Source: Octopus bimaculoides
Lineage: Eukaryota
Assembly (NCBI RefSeq): GCF_001194135.2
Contig: NC_068992.1
Location: forward strand, 4,390,216-4,454,215
DNA: 64,000 nt
Direction: 5' to 3'
Position numbers and translations under genes: made by a program. The notes below the pieces were generated by a model. The model was not told the origin of the DNA. It made no database searches and saw nothing but the letters and a program-made list of their open reading frames with translations. Shown here one piece after another: positions 37,994-50,456 of the stretch; within the stretch, counting starts at the first letter, position 1; each line of letters opens with the position of its first letter.

Positions 37994-38464
37994 TTGTAAT
38001 TGTTATTCATCACCATACATTACAAACTTTCCTTGTAGTTACGCTTTTCTTCGAATGTTCCACTCATCTACCCGCACCTCGCTCTCCAATAGAGCGTTCA
38101 TGTATTATATATAATATTGAGATGCGTTAGGAATAATATCAGATTCAACAGTGATCATTGCAGGCATGTTTTCTGTTAGAAGCTAGCAAGTGAAAAGCTG
38201 GGGCTTTTGGTGGGATAAACTTTTAAGAAGACCCCGTTTCTAAGCAATACCTTACCTCGATTTCCCACAGAGCTGAAATTAAACTCACACTACAAATTTC
38301 ATTTTACATTCCGAATCGGTTGGTCGTGTTTTCATTGCTGCTTGATTATTAATGGACATAGATAATCTGTTTATAAATAACTTTATGTTGGGCTTACTTT
38401 AAATTCTTTTCCACATTGCTCTGTTTGTATTGAAAATTTCATTTCATTGTGTTATGTTGTATTC

Positions 38465-38815
38465 GAAAAGTCGTTTCATTTCGTTCTGTTGGAATTGATA
38501 TATTCGTTTCGCTTTGTTTTGTTTGTCTCGAATGTTCACTTGTTTCTTAGTTTCGTACGTCTTGTATGTTTTTCAGACTAAACACACTGAATGTAATATA
38601 ATCACATGTAAGACACAAAATAAATAACATTTGTACTTATTGAGATCGTTTCGTTTTGATTTCTTTGACTTCAATAGCAACTTTCGTTTATTCTGTTTGT
38701 CCACAATGTCCACTTGATTCCTATTTTCGCATGTGTTGTATGCTATTTAAATAATATAGATTGCGCATTATAATCGCTTGTAAGACATAATACAAGTATC
38801 AGTTGGACATACTGA
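38465..38815. repeat. Diverged two-copy tandem duplication, period about 173 bp
   Basis: gtttgtc..aatgt.cacttg.ttc.ta.ttttcg at 38521 and 38695; tataatc...tgtaagaca near 38608 and 38780. Confidence 0.75.
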
Positions 38816-38939
38816 GAGATTTATATCACAGTTGTTTGTAAATGTTGCTTCGGTTGTGTCTGGTTTATTTCAGTTTTACGCAGGGCAATAGTTCCATGTC
38901 GTACTTATTCGCCTCAGGCCAGTTCCGTTACCATCCACT

Positions 38940-39074
38940 TCTTCCTCCTCCTCATCATCATCATTATCATCATCATCATCGTCATCGTCATCATCGTCGT
39001 CGTCATCGTCATCATGATCATCATGATCATCATCATTGTTGGTACTGTTGTGGCCGTTGTTGTTGTTGTTGTTG

Positions 39075-39131
<57 letters not shown>

Positions 39132-39145
39132 TTATTATTATTATC
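38940..39145. repeat. Compound (TCA/TCG)n(TTG)n(TTC)n(TTA)n tract
   Basis: Directly visible. Confidence 0.92.
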
Positions 39146-39871
39146 GTTTCACTTCTCAAAGCGTTCGGTCTCGTTTGTTCTGATAGATTCTATGAGAGCT
39201 AACAGCAACCTACTGTCACAGGTCTCACGAGGTCACTGGTTTTTCTATCAAGTTTGGGAGCATCACTTAATTTTCCAATGTCTAGAAAACTGGCAATAAT
39301 TGTAAATGATTCGAAGAAATCAAATTAGAGTATGAGCATTTTTAAATATATAAAATGGCAGGATAAATTTAACATTTCAACATTGATAATAACCGTTAGA
39401 TATAATATTAAAAGTGGTGGTCTAAAATAGATTTAAGAATGAGCGTTAACAGTGAGATTATGTTTTCTGTAAAAAGTGGCAGCACAGAAGAATAGATAAT
39501 AACATTGTGTAAATATTTTTTTTTCGAAATAAATACATTGCACATTGATCCATGAACAAAATATCCAGTTGAAGAGAGGATAATATGAAACATACCTTTG
39601 TATGCGATAATTTTCTATTAAGAACTACGATAAATCTCTAATTCAATTTCGTTTCAACCACGAGAAAGTATGTATTACATAGTGAAATGGCGTGACAGAA
39701 ATATTTTTAAAGGCGTGTTCTTAATGCAAGATCCGCGGTAAAAATTACAACTCATGTAATCACACCATATTCTTATACTTTCTGTCTACAGAATATTAAA
39801 ATGTCGACCTCGTACGAATACTGAGTATAGAATGGAAACCATTGTAAATAAGTTCTAGAATTTCTAAGTTG

Positions 39872-39950
39872 CAGGCATCGGTGTGTGGCTAAGAAGCTCG
39901 CATAGCGTGCACGCCGTTTCAGGTTCATTCTCATTGTGCGGTACCTGAAC
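39872..39950 (+). mobile_element. SINE family B head fragment
   Basis: ggtgtgtggctaagaagctcgc...caggttcattctcattgtgcggtacc. Confidence 0.55.
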
Positions 39951-40175
39951 ATGTGGGAATCATGGATTCTCAGTTCTTCAATAGAAGCTCGAAGGTTTGG
40001 AGAGACCTACAGTTGGTGGATGTAGATGCCTTGAAATCAGGACTGGGAGTCTTACAGTGAAGAGTTTCGGATGAGTAGACTTCACGACAGGAATCGTAAC
40101 ATCAAGCATGAGCTACATCATCATACTACATCATTCGCAAACAACGAACAATTAAAACTTGATAAATAAAGATAA

Positions 40176-40240
40176 AGTGCCCTAGCATGGTCATGGCGCT
40201 CGAACTGAAACAAGTAAAGACGTAAAAAGTAAAAGAGATA
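40176..40240 (+). mobile_element. SINE family B tail fragment
   Basis: gtgccctagcatggtc...ctgaaacaagtaaag. Confidence 0.6.
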
Positions 40241-41429
40241 CACATAGGGTCACACAGAGAGACATACACACACAGCCGCGCACACATATTTGTATATAGG
40301 CAAACGACGTGCACACGAAGAATAAAACCAAAACCTGATACTTCGTTGAACGATGTCAAATATAATATTTGCTGTTTACCGATTTACAGACAATCTCTTC
40401 TTTCGTACGTCGTTACCAATGCTTTTGTTTTTTTAGAAGCCTGCAATCAACGACGCTGTTTTTCTCTCAATCGCGATATCAAATAAATAGATTTTTGCCA
40501 TAATGATTTATCATTTCTTTTCTGCCATGTAATTTTTTTCTGTTCTGAAGTAGGACATACCTGACAATATTTGCACTGATGTTATTTACAGAAATAATTG
40601 CCACTTATGTTTAAACAATGTTTTAGAATAATGGACTACATTGTTTGAGTGGAAGAATCGCCCACATTTTCTCATCTATTTTTTTCCTGCCTTGCCACTC
40701 TTTTAGTCTGTGTATTCTGGGTATTTATCCTTATTCTTGGTACTAAAGATGCGATGTTCATATTTTATGTAGCACAAGTGCTGCTGTTCTATTCAATCAA
40801 ACACTTTCTCACACATGCATATATATATTTACATATACATATTTACATGCACACATATATACATATATTAGTGTACCTGTATGCACTTTACATATATCAT
40901 TGATATTTTATATCTGATACCTATTGTCATAGTTCGAACTTGCCAAGAAAGGAGCTTTAAAACATGTCTTCTCTTATCAGAAGCAAGTCCATCAATTCTT
41001 TCATTCATAAAATATTGCTTTGAGCTACAAACTCTTTATTCATTATGTTGTGTTCGGCGAAAGAACTGTTTTTTATTGGCCTGGAGCTTAAAACAACACG
41101 ATATAGGATTCTGCATATCAACAGGACTTGCTTGCTTCGAGCATTAATCTTTACAAAATTCGTACAAGTCTTTGAAATATTTTGGTACATCCTCACACCT
41201 TTAGATCTAAATTTATGCATTGGTAATGAAGTACCATTTTCATGGTCTTGCTAACAATTCGTTCACACCAGATCAGGGATTTATAGGCTTCACAAACAAC
41301 AAGGGCAAAATGACTGCACTTTCGTAGTTGGTTTAAACAAACTACTAAATTTCTCAGCAACATCTCACAAAAGTTATTGGTTATAGCGTCGAGACGGGAG
41401 GTCATAGTGAAGAATGTATGTTGAAAATA

Positions 41430-41591
41430 TGCAGGTATAGCTACGTCACTAAGAAGATCGTCTCACATCTGCGTGGTTTTGGGTTCAATCACACCGCGCA
41501 GCACATTACGTAATTGTCTTCTATGGTAGTTCTGGACCGACAGATGCCTTGTGAGTGAATTTGGTAGATGGAGATGTTTAGAGAACTGAGA

Positions 41592-41656
<65 letters not shown>

Positions 41657-41657
41657 G

Positions 41658-41700
<43 letters not shown>

Positions 41701-41735
41701 GTTTGTCTGTCTGTGTGTCTGTCTGTCTGTCTGGC
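41430..41735 (+). mobile_element. SINE family B 5' half followed by (TATC)n(TGTC)n
   Basis: gggttcaatcacaccgcg...gccttgtgagtgaatttggtagatgg. Confidence 0.75.
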
Positions 41736-42702
41736 CAAATAAGAACAACAGCAACAGTACCTGTCGTATGTGTTTAGTTGAAAAACTTACAGGGACAGGG
41801 TCACCGGTTTGGAGCGAAACCGTATTATAGGACATCACTCTTTTTTTCTCTCAATGACTGCAGCCATACGTTATAACTCTTTAGAGACTGAAATGAAATT
41901 CAGGAGCGTCTAAAATATGGATGCTTAAAAAATATGTAACAAATCAAATTATCTGTGTGACACGATGCGAATTAATAACGCTAGAAATGACATTAATGAC
42001 ACAAACTGACATAACTTTTCCAATTATTTCCACAATTTATTCAAAATTCAATTGAAACTTTGGCTTTTAGCAGAATCAATAAAAAATAAACTGATCCAGA
42101 GATACCAGTTTTCTAACGACTAATGGATGTTTAGTAACAATTTATCGTTATCACAATTTGTAACTATCTCTCTTTATAGTAAATTATTTGGTGTTGTTGA
42201 TTAACCCTAGGTCAAATCAAATCGAGAAAAATTTTTACTCCGCTCCTATGCTTGCCGGGGGTGTACCTTTTCGCCTTTTAATAGTTTTTAGTATACCCGC
42301 CTTTAATGTGGCCTTCCTTTTTTTAGGTACGGGTGTAGTATTTGAAGATGATTTGTCTGCTCTTTCTATTTATCAGGCTGGGCACCACCGGAAAATCCCT
42401 GGTTGGCTTATAATGAATTATCCTTGTGAGGACTGTGTTCTTATTTTATATTCATGCGTAGCTCACCCTTGACCAATAGACCTACTCTGAGAGGAGTTCA
42501 ATCCATGGCCATCAAACAGTTGCCTTAAGAAGTTTTGAAGTTTTTATTATTATTTTTTTCCTTCTTTCTAAATTTTCTTTCATTTCTTGTTGAGTATTTT
42601 CCGTACACCTAGGGCAGAGAAGCTCATTGTATGCATTCCCAATTTACACACGCAAGTTCACAGGTAAAATATGTATTTTCAAAAATTAATAAATAAATAA
42701 AT

Positions 42703-42704
<2 letters not shown>

Positions 42705-42768
<64 letters not shown>
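42705..42768. repeat. (ATT)n microsatellite
   Basis: Directly visible. Confidence 0.96.
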
Positions 42769-42770
<2 letters not shown>

Positions 42771-43082
42771 ACTTTCTGTATTCCCGAGCGTCAAACTAAT
42801 ACATCCTTTTATTGTTTACACCACCTGTCCTCGTCTGTTGTTGTTTTTTTAGTACATTCTCCNNNNNNNNNNNNNNNNNNNNNNNNNNNNNNNNNNNNNN
42901 NNNNNNNNNNNNNNNNNNNNNNNNNNNNNNNNNNNNNNNNNNNNNNNNNNNNNNNNNNNNNNNNNCCACAAACATTTAAATATGAGAACCTATGTGAAAT
43001 TGAAATGTGTAAAGAAATAGTTCATACGTAGCATATATATATATATTGTGTATGTGTGTGTGTGTGTGTGTGTGTGTATGTT

Positions 43083-43113
<31 letters not shown>

Positions 43114-43701
43114 TGCTAGGTGTTGACAAATGTTTTAATATTAGAAAGAGAGAGAGAAAGAGAAGGAGTGAGAGTATTGTGTGTTTCATGTGGTATGCGT
43201 TGATGTGTGTATATATATTTATATGTCTGAGTGTATGTATGAGTATGTGCATCTGCGTGTGCGCAACCTGTTTTTGCGCGACACCTACGTGTCTGTCTCA
43301 AGTATTGCTCAATTTGATTTAACTACGGCTTCTTCGTTTATTCCACCTTTCATCATATCGTTCACAATAGTGCAACGTGCACATTAAGAAATATTGCATA
43401 AAATCATATACTCTGTATTGTTTGTAACTACACACAACCCATGAGACACAATATGCTAGAAACAAATATGTTAAAAGCAAAACAGGCTAAAAACAAATAT
43501 TGCACTTTAAATAAATACACACTGGTTTTGTGCGCTCTGATACAATCACCTTCTAAATGTTTAAGGAGATAAACAAGGAAACTGATCAAAATATTTCTTA
43601 TGAAAATCTTACAAGAAGAGAGATTTTTGAGACAAAAAAAATAAAAGACAAACAAATATGTATAGTTCATGATAATCTTACTTTATTCTACTTTTTACCG
43701 C

Positions 43702-43914
43702 AAGGTGGCGAACTGGCAGGAACGTTAGCACGTCAGACGAAATACTTATGATTAGCGGTGCTTCGTATGTTTTACATTCTGAGTTCAAATTCCGCAGAGG
43801 TCGACATTGTCGTTCATCCTTTCGGGGTCGATAAAAAAAGTAATTGGGGTCGATCTAATCGACTTGTCCTGTCCCCGCAAAATGTTGGACCTTGTGCCTA
43901 GAGTAGAAAAGATT
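43702..43914 (+). mobile_element. Full-length SINE family A
   Basis: ggtggcgaactggcaggaacgttagcacg...gagttcaaattccgcagaggtcgac...gaccttgtgcctagagtagaaaagatt. Confidence 0.88.
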
Positions 43915-44234
43915 CTACCTTTCCTGCGAGGCTCATAAACTCGAAACTGACATTTCGATTTACAATCAAGACGTATGTATTATATCTGTGTAAGTAAATT
44001 TAGCACTTCAGATTTACGCAACCATCATAAAATAAAAGTTACTATGAATAAAATTTTTTTTTTGATATTATCAGTCCCAAAATTTATAACAAGCAAGGTG
44101 TTGGCACACGCACTCAATGACACAGACACACGTATATGTGTGTCTATGTGTAGATGGTTGTGTGAATATATAAGTACATACATATACGTATATATTTTTT
44201 CTGCGATGGTTTATGGTAAGTAGCGTCGAATTTT

Positions 44235-44284
<50 letters not shown>

Positions 44285-44563
44285 NNNNNNNNNNNNNNNN
44301 NNNNNNNNNNNNNNNNNNNNNNNNNNNNNNNNNNNNNNNNNNNNNNNNNNNNNNNNNNNNNNNNNNNNNNNNNNNNNNNNNNNNNNNNNNNNNNNNNNNN
44401 NNNNNNNNNNNNNNNNNNNNNNNNNNNNNNNNNNNNNNNNNNNNNNNNNNNNNNNNNNNNNNNNNNNNNNNNNNNNNNNNNNNNNNNNNNNNNNNNNNNN
44501 NNNNNNNNNNNNNNNNNNNNNNNNNNNNNNNNNNNNNNNNNNNNNNNNNNNNNNNNNNNNNNN

Positions 44564-44621
<58 letters not shown>

Positions 44622-44624
44622 CAA

Positions 44625-44762
44625 TGCGTTTCTTTCAGTCTCTGTCAACAAAATCCGCTCAAAAGACTTTGGTAGGCTCGAGACTATAATAGAAGACACT
44701 TGCCCAAGGTGTCACTCAATGGGATTGAACCCGGAAGCATGTGGGTGGGAAATAAAATTCTT
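44625..44762 (-). mobile_element. SINE family B 5' half
   Basis: agactataatagaagacacttgcccaaggtgtcactcaatgggattgaaccc. Confidence 0.85.
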
Positions 44763-44771
44763 ATATATTCT

Positions 44772-44804
<33 letters not shown>

Positions 44805-44892
44805 GGCACCGTATTGTATTCTGTAATTTCCGTAGTCTCTCTGTATCTCTGAACGCATAGCTATGTATTATGAATAACATTTATACTGTAAT

Positions 44893-45097
44893 ATTGTTTT
44901 CAAATTTTGGCACAAGACCAGCAATTTAGGGGAAGGGGGAGACAAACGCATCTCTCTCAGTAATCCACTGGTACTTATTTTATCAACTTCGAAGGGCAAA
45001 GTCAAATACGGTGGAATTTAAACTCAGAACGTAGCTACAGACGAAATGCCGCTAAGCAATTTGGCTGGCATGCTAATGAACCTAGCAGCTCTCTGCC
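44893..45097 (-). mobile_element. SINE family A
   Basis: ttttcaaattttggcacaagaccagc...actcagaacgtagctacagacgaaatgccgctaagc. Confidence 0.82.
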
Positions 45098-45644
45098 TTA
45101 TATTTATACTCTAATGTCAATTTTATAAAAAAAATTATTAATTCATTTTTTAAAAAAATTACAGACCAAATATGTGCATGTTTCTGCACACAAGAACACA
45201 CGAACCCGCACACACACACACACACACACGTGCACACCGAAACACATTTACATAGATATACGTTCACAGAAGCAACACATGTATACATGCACGCACTCAT
45301 GCACACATATGTAGAGGGAGAGAGTAAAAGAAAGTGAGGAAATAATAAAATACGACATTGATTCCATTCTAAATTCTGCAGATGTTTGGACGTTGAAAAT
45401 AGAAACATTATCATTACAACAATTAATTAAGACATAAAAATACGGTGTGAATTTAAGAGGTCTACATAAACTATTTCATTATATTTGAACTAATTTATCA
45501 TGAACAGCCAGTCATATAAAATAAGAACTTTAATCGATGTAATTCATGTTGGACTGAAGATATGAAGTTATAAAACAGAGAATACTACAAATAAATACAA
45601 AGAGAAAATTGTTTTGCAGATTCAGTATCAAATTTGCTATCTCT

Positions 45645-45746
45645 TCATTCCCTCAACAGTTGGGCAAATGTCTTCTGCAAAAGATACGAGTCGATCAATG
45701 CTTTGTAAATAAATTTGGCAATCATAATATGCGCGGGAAAGACGTC

Positions 45747-45750
<4 letters not shown>
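45645..45750 (+). mobile_element. SINE family B core fragment
   Basis: ttgggcaaatgtcttctgc...aatgctttgtaaataaatttgg. Confidence 0.55.
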
Positions 45751-45785
<35 letters not shown>

Positions 45786-46186
45786 AAGATTGAAAAGGAA
45801 CACATGAGTTGATATGTATAGGGAAAAAGAGTCAAGGTAGAAAATGCTGAAATAATTTTATCCTAAAATCATTTTAGTACCAGTGATTGAGATTTTTTCA
45901 ACTCTAAGTATGGAAAACAAACCCTAGTATTTGTGAAGCTTCACTCTCTCGGAGGTTTTTAGGTTTCTGCTCAGGAAGAACAGCGAAGTTTATCATGAAC
46001 ACTCATGTGTGTCTTTGTACACACTTTGTGATATGAGACTGATTATACTCCAGACGCCGGTCTGTAAAGATTGCCGTTCCAAACATGAGCTTCATTCGCT
46101 CATTCTCATCCAAAGCTATGGAATGTGGTCATAACACTTATGCTTCCACGGAATATCATATTACTTGCTGAGTTCCCAATGCATTC

Positions 46187-46559
46187 TTGTTTCAGTTATT
46201 AGATTATGGCCATGCTGGGGCACCGCCTTGAATTTTTAGTCGAATGAATCGACCCCAGTAATTATTTCTTAAGCCTTGTACTTATTCTATTGGTCTCTTT
46301 TACTGAACCGCCAGATTATGGGGACGTTAATACACCGGTTGGCAGGCGGTGCAGTGTGGGAAAACACTCACATGTGAATAAACGCGCGCGCACACACACA
46401 CATAGACGACGGACATTTTTCAATTTCCGTTTACAAAATTCACTCACAAAGGTTTCGTCTTCCCGAGACGAGAATACACATTTTCTCAAGGTACCACGCA
46501 ACTGAACTGAACCCGGGGCCATGAGGCTGAGAAGCAAGCTTCTTACCACACATCCACTC
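46187..46559 (-). mobile_element. Full-length SINE family B
   Basis: Tail cttgtttcagt..ggccatgctggggcaccgcc; head agaagcaagcttcttaccacacatccactc. Confidence 0.88.
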
Positions 46560-47276
46560 TGTATATATTTGAATATAAGTGTGTACGTGTTTGTGTATCT
46601 CATTCTTTTGTTTTTGAATCTCCGTTTTCATATGTGTATACCAATTTCTCTATGCGCATATCACGTTGTAGTTCCGTAAAAGAGAGTTAAAGCATAAGTA
46701 CCAGATCTGATAGGGTTAATTTGCTTGAATAAATTGATCAAGGTTGCACCGCAGAGCATCCAAAAGACAATGATTGAGAAAAGCATTGTCGAAAGCGAAT
46801 ATAAAAAAAAATGATTGAAATAATAACTGTCGATAGGGGAATATAAAAATACTGACTTGTGATGGTGTGAGATGTGGCTGTTATTTCATACATCATGTCA
46901 CGGCTGGGATTAAATAGTGGGATGTTTGTTACCCTAGGTTATAGATGAAGCGCATCATAGGTCGTCGTAAAACAAAACATAATAAAAAATAAATGAATGC
47001 CAATCTTCAACACTTATCTTTAAAAAATATGAACGAAGGCAAATATTAGTTCATATATTGCAATAAACAGCATCACTGTTATGAATTCCATTGCTAATAA
47101 ATCAGACAAAAAGTGCATACTTGTGTATTCATCACTTTCATATGTGTGTGTGTGCTTGCGTGCGCGGATGCGTATGTGTGTGTAGAGGGGGTGCGAATGT
47201 ATTTATATATAAGTATATTTAGGTATGTATGTATATTATATATGTGCGTCTCTGTCTCTCTCTCTCCTTCTCTCTG

Positions 47277-47320
<44 letters not shown>

Positions 47321-47471
47321 CGTATACGTATATATATATATACAGGAACGTATATACATGCATACATGCTTATACAAGAGAGAGGTAAGTGTTACGCGGA
47401 ACGACTGACATTAAAACAAGAATAAGAGAATGCACACACGCACGCGCATACATACACATATATATGACAAC

Positions 47472-47552
47472 ATATGTGTGTGTGTCTCTATATGTGTATA
47501 TGTATACATATATAGATATTATATGTTTATATATATGTGTATGTGTATATAG

Positions 47553-47604
<52 letters not shown>

Positions 47605-47607
47605 GTA

Positions 47608-47648
<41 letters not shown>

Positions 47649-47729
47649 CTATATACACATACACATATATATAAACATATAATATCTATATATGTATACA
47701 TATACACATATATAGACACACACACATAT
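47472..47729. repeat. Long inverted repeat (89-bp arms, 1 mismatch) around a (TA)n spacer
   Basis: 47491-47560 is the exact reverse complement of 47641-47710; extends to 47472/47729 with one mismatch. Confidence 0.95.
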
Positions 47730-47783
47730 AGAGACACACACACATATATATATACATACACACATATATATATGTAAATATAT

Positions 47784-47820
<37 letters not shown>

Positions 47821-48597
47821 AGGTAAACAAAAGATTATTAAACGAAATGAAGTCAAGTCAGGCCAAGTTTAGTCAGGATAATTGTTTTTCTCGTTTCTCT
47901 CTCACATACACATATTCGTTGGTGGTTAGCTGTAGGAGAGGTGGGGGTCAGTGGTGGGTGTAGCAGAAGAAGGGCTCAATCTTCAATGTGTACGTAGCAC
48001 CATTGTCAATATTTAATATTCATTCGATTCAATAATAGAATGATTCAGAGAAAACAAGAAGACAATCTAAAAGGCGAAACCAAATAGCTAAAAAATATAT
48101 AAATAAATGAAGATTCAATTCTTCATGATATTTTTGCTAAATGTGGCTTATTGATTGTTTCTGCAAGATGATATAATTTGGCATCGTTGCTTCAAGAATA
48201 TTTGTTCACTATAATTGGTTGCCTGAAAGTCTATCTTGCCCATTATTTCCAGTTAGTTCTATCTTCTCCAATTATATCCAGTTGATGAAAATGAAGAATT
48301 ATCGCTTTTATATACTCATTCCAGAGTTCGTATAATTTTTTGCCTCTTCCTGTTCTTAAGCTTCACGTACCAGCAAGTGGAAGGGGGTCTCCTAACACGG
48401 TCTGTCACCTAGGTTGAATGAACAATAGCAAAATCTCCTGCAAACACACCCAAATATCTGAAGATTGGGGTGAAGGATGATCACATTCGGTAATGTAAAT
48501 CACAAGATACAGCCAAACGTCACGTACTAAGACTTCACGCAATAAGAATGGTAGTCAAGACTAAAACGGCTCTGATAATATCACATATCTATCTAAA

Positions 48598-48688
<91 letters not shown>

Positions 48689-48844
48689 GTGTGTGTTTGT
48701 GTGCGGTGTGTGTATGGTGTACATGTGTGTGTGTGTTTGATGTGCGTGTATTGATATATATGTATGTATCAATCTCTCTCTCTCTCTCCCTCCCTCTCTC
48801 TCTATCTATCTATCTATCTATGCCAAATATAATCACCAATGCGT

Positions 48845-50035
48845 CCCTTTAAATTTGGCTATAATTTTTTTCCACTGGAGATAGCATCATTGACGCCTGA
48901 ACTATGGCCTTTTGGCTTCGATGTTCACACTTGTTTAGGAGTGCGGCACCTACCCCATATTCAATAACATCTATTGCCAGTATCATTTCCAACTTCGGAT
49001 CGAAGTGTGTAAGCGACATGTCTGAAGTTAACATGCTTCTTAGTTCCTCAAAAACCTTCTAGAATTTTTCTGTCCACAACCATGACTTTGTGCAGGTCCC
49101 GGCGAACAGTTTTTCTAGAAATTGGTTTCCCGAGGTGGTAATTAAGCTCTGCAGTAATTTTTGGAGCCGTACTTTTGTGATCCTTTCTAACAATTCGTGT
49201 GAGAATCCTTTTTTAACAGCTCGTTTAGTGGAGCCCTTGTGTTGTGTACGTTCGGGATATATACTATTGATAGTAGTTTATCAAGCCTAAAAAATGATCG
49301 TAACAATTTCGTTGGGGGAGACATATTCCGTATTGCCGTCGCTCTTGATGAGTCTGGCCTTTGCCTCCTTTCGTCAATTACTTGACGTAAATATTTGACA
49401 TTTTTCATCAAATATTCACAAGTTTTACCCGTTAGCCTAAACCCATATTCATTTATATTTCCGAGTACGTTTTAATATGTTCGATGTGTTACTCCACTGA
49501 TTTGCGCTTTATCAAAATATCATGGAAATTAGCGAAGTCGCAATCGTTTAACAATGCGTCCATCAGTTGTTGGAATATGGCAGGAGCCAAAAAGGTGTGA
49601 GCAATCTTCTACCGGCACCTGTAGATAGGCCTCACAGAGGTCTTACATCGAGGAACTTTTTCCTCCATTTAGTTTCGAGAACACTTCTTCTGAGATAGGT
49701 AATGATTAATTGTGTTCGACTAAACAGTCATTTAATCCAGCTGAAAAGTTCGTACACAATCTTTTTTTTTCTTTACATAAACTGTCGGAGCTGCCGAGTC
49801 TGAATGGTCGACTTTTTCAATTATATTCAGACTTTCTAGTCTTTCCAGCCCTTTATTGACGTGCTCTAACGCGGCAAACGGCACGTTCCGTTTGGGCCTA
49901 AAAATGGTCGTTCCGTTTTCTTTTATCCCGATCCTCGCTTTTGTTTTAGTGCAACAGCCTAATCTTTCCGAAAAAAAAATTTGGAAACAATTTTTAATTG
50001 TTTGTCTCTGGTAAAATTCTGGTAAAATGTGCACT
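48845..50035 (-). mobile_element. Degenerate Ty3/gypsy pol fragment (RT-RNase H)
   Basis: FRPKRNVPFAALEHVNKGLERLESLNIIEKVDHSDSAAPTVYVKK; FSAGLNDCL..EEVFSKLNGGK..DLCEAYLQVPV; IFQQLMD; VKYLRQVID..RPD; LTHFDPKLEMILAID..YGVGA..KNYSQI. Contains stops and deletions; the YLDD motif is lost. Confidence 0.92.
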
Positions 50036-50366
50036 GGTTAATCACTATCATATAATGTGCAAGTCTCGGCGATATGTAGGGATTATTGTAGTAATATATA
50101 TCATTAATACTGATAGACACAAAATGGAGAAAAATGGATGCATGAATAATTTATGTGTGTAATATAAAGACGTTGAAAAGTTTTTGAAATAACAATAACA
50201 ATGATGGCATCTGTCATTTCTTTTTGAGCTTTGCAACTTATAATTCATTTGTATTGCTATTATAAAAGAATTTCAACATCTTTATTTCATACAGATAAAT
50301 TATTCATGTATCAACAATCTTTCTTCATTTTCTTTTTTTCAACACACACACACACACACACACACA

Positions 50367-50409
<43 letters not shown>

Positions 50410-50456
50410 GCACACACACACACATACACACACACATACACACACACACATATGTA

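Noticed and set aside
40900-41405. Minus-strand ORFs with faint hAT-like wording (TSRLDAITNNF...QLRKCSHFAL)
   Set aside because: No DESTD or other diagnostic motif; cannot be supported by eye.
45990-46170. Possible LINE C-terminal remnant (SF..K LWN)
   Set aside because: Only a few residues, across a frameshift.
47386-47391. Perfect donor AG|GTAAGT
   Set aside because: Upstream is microsatellite, with no acceptor or coding signal.
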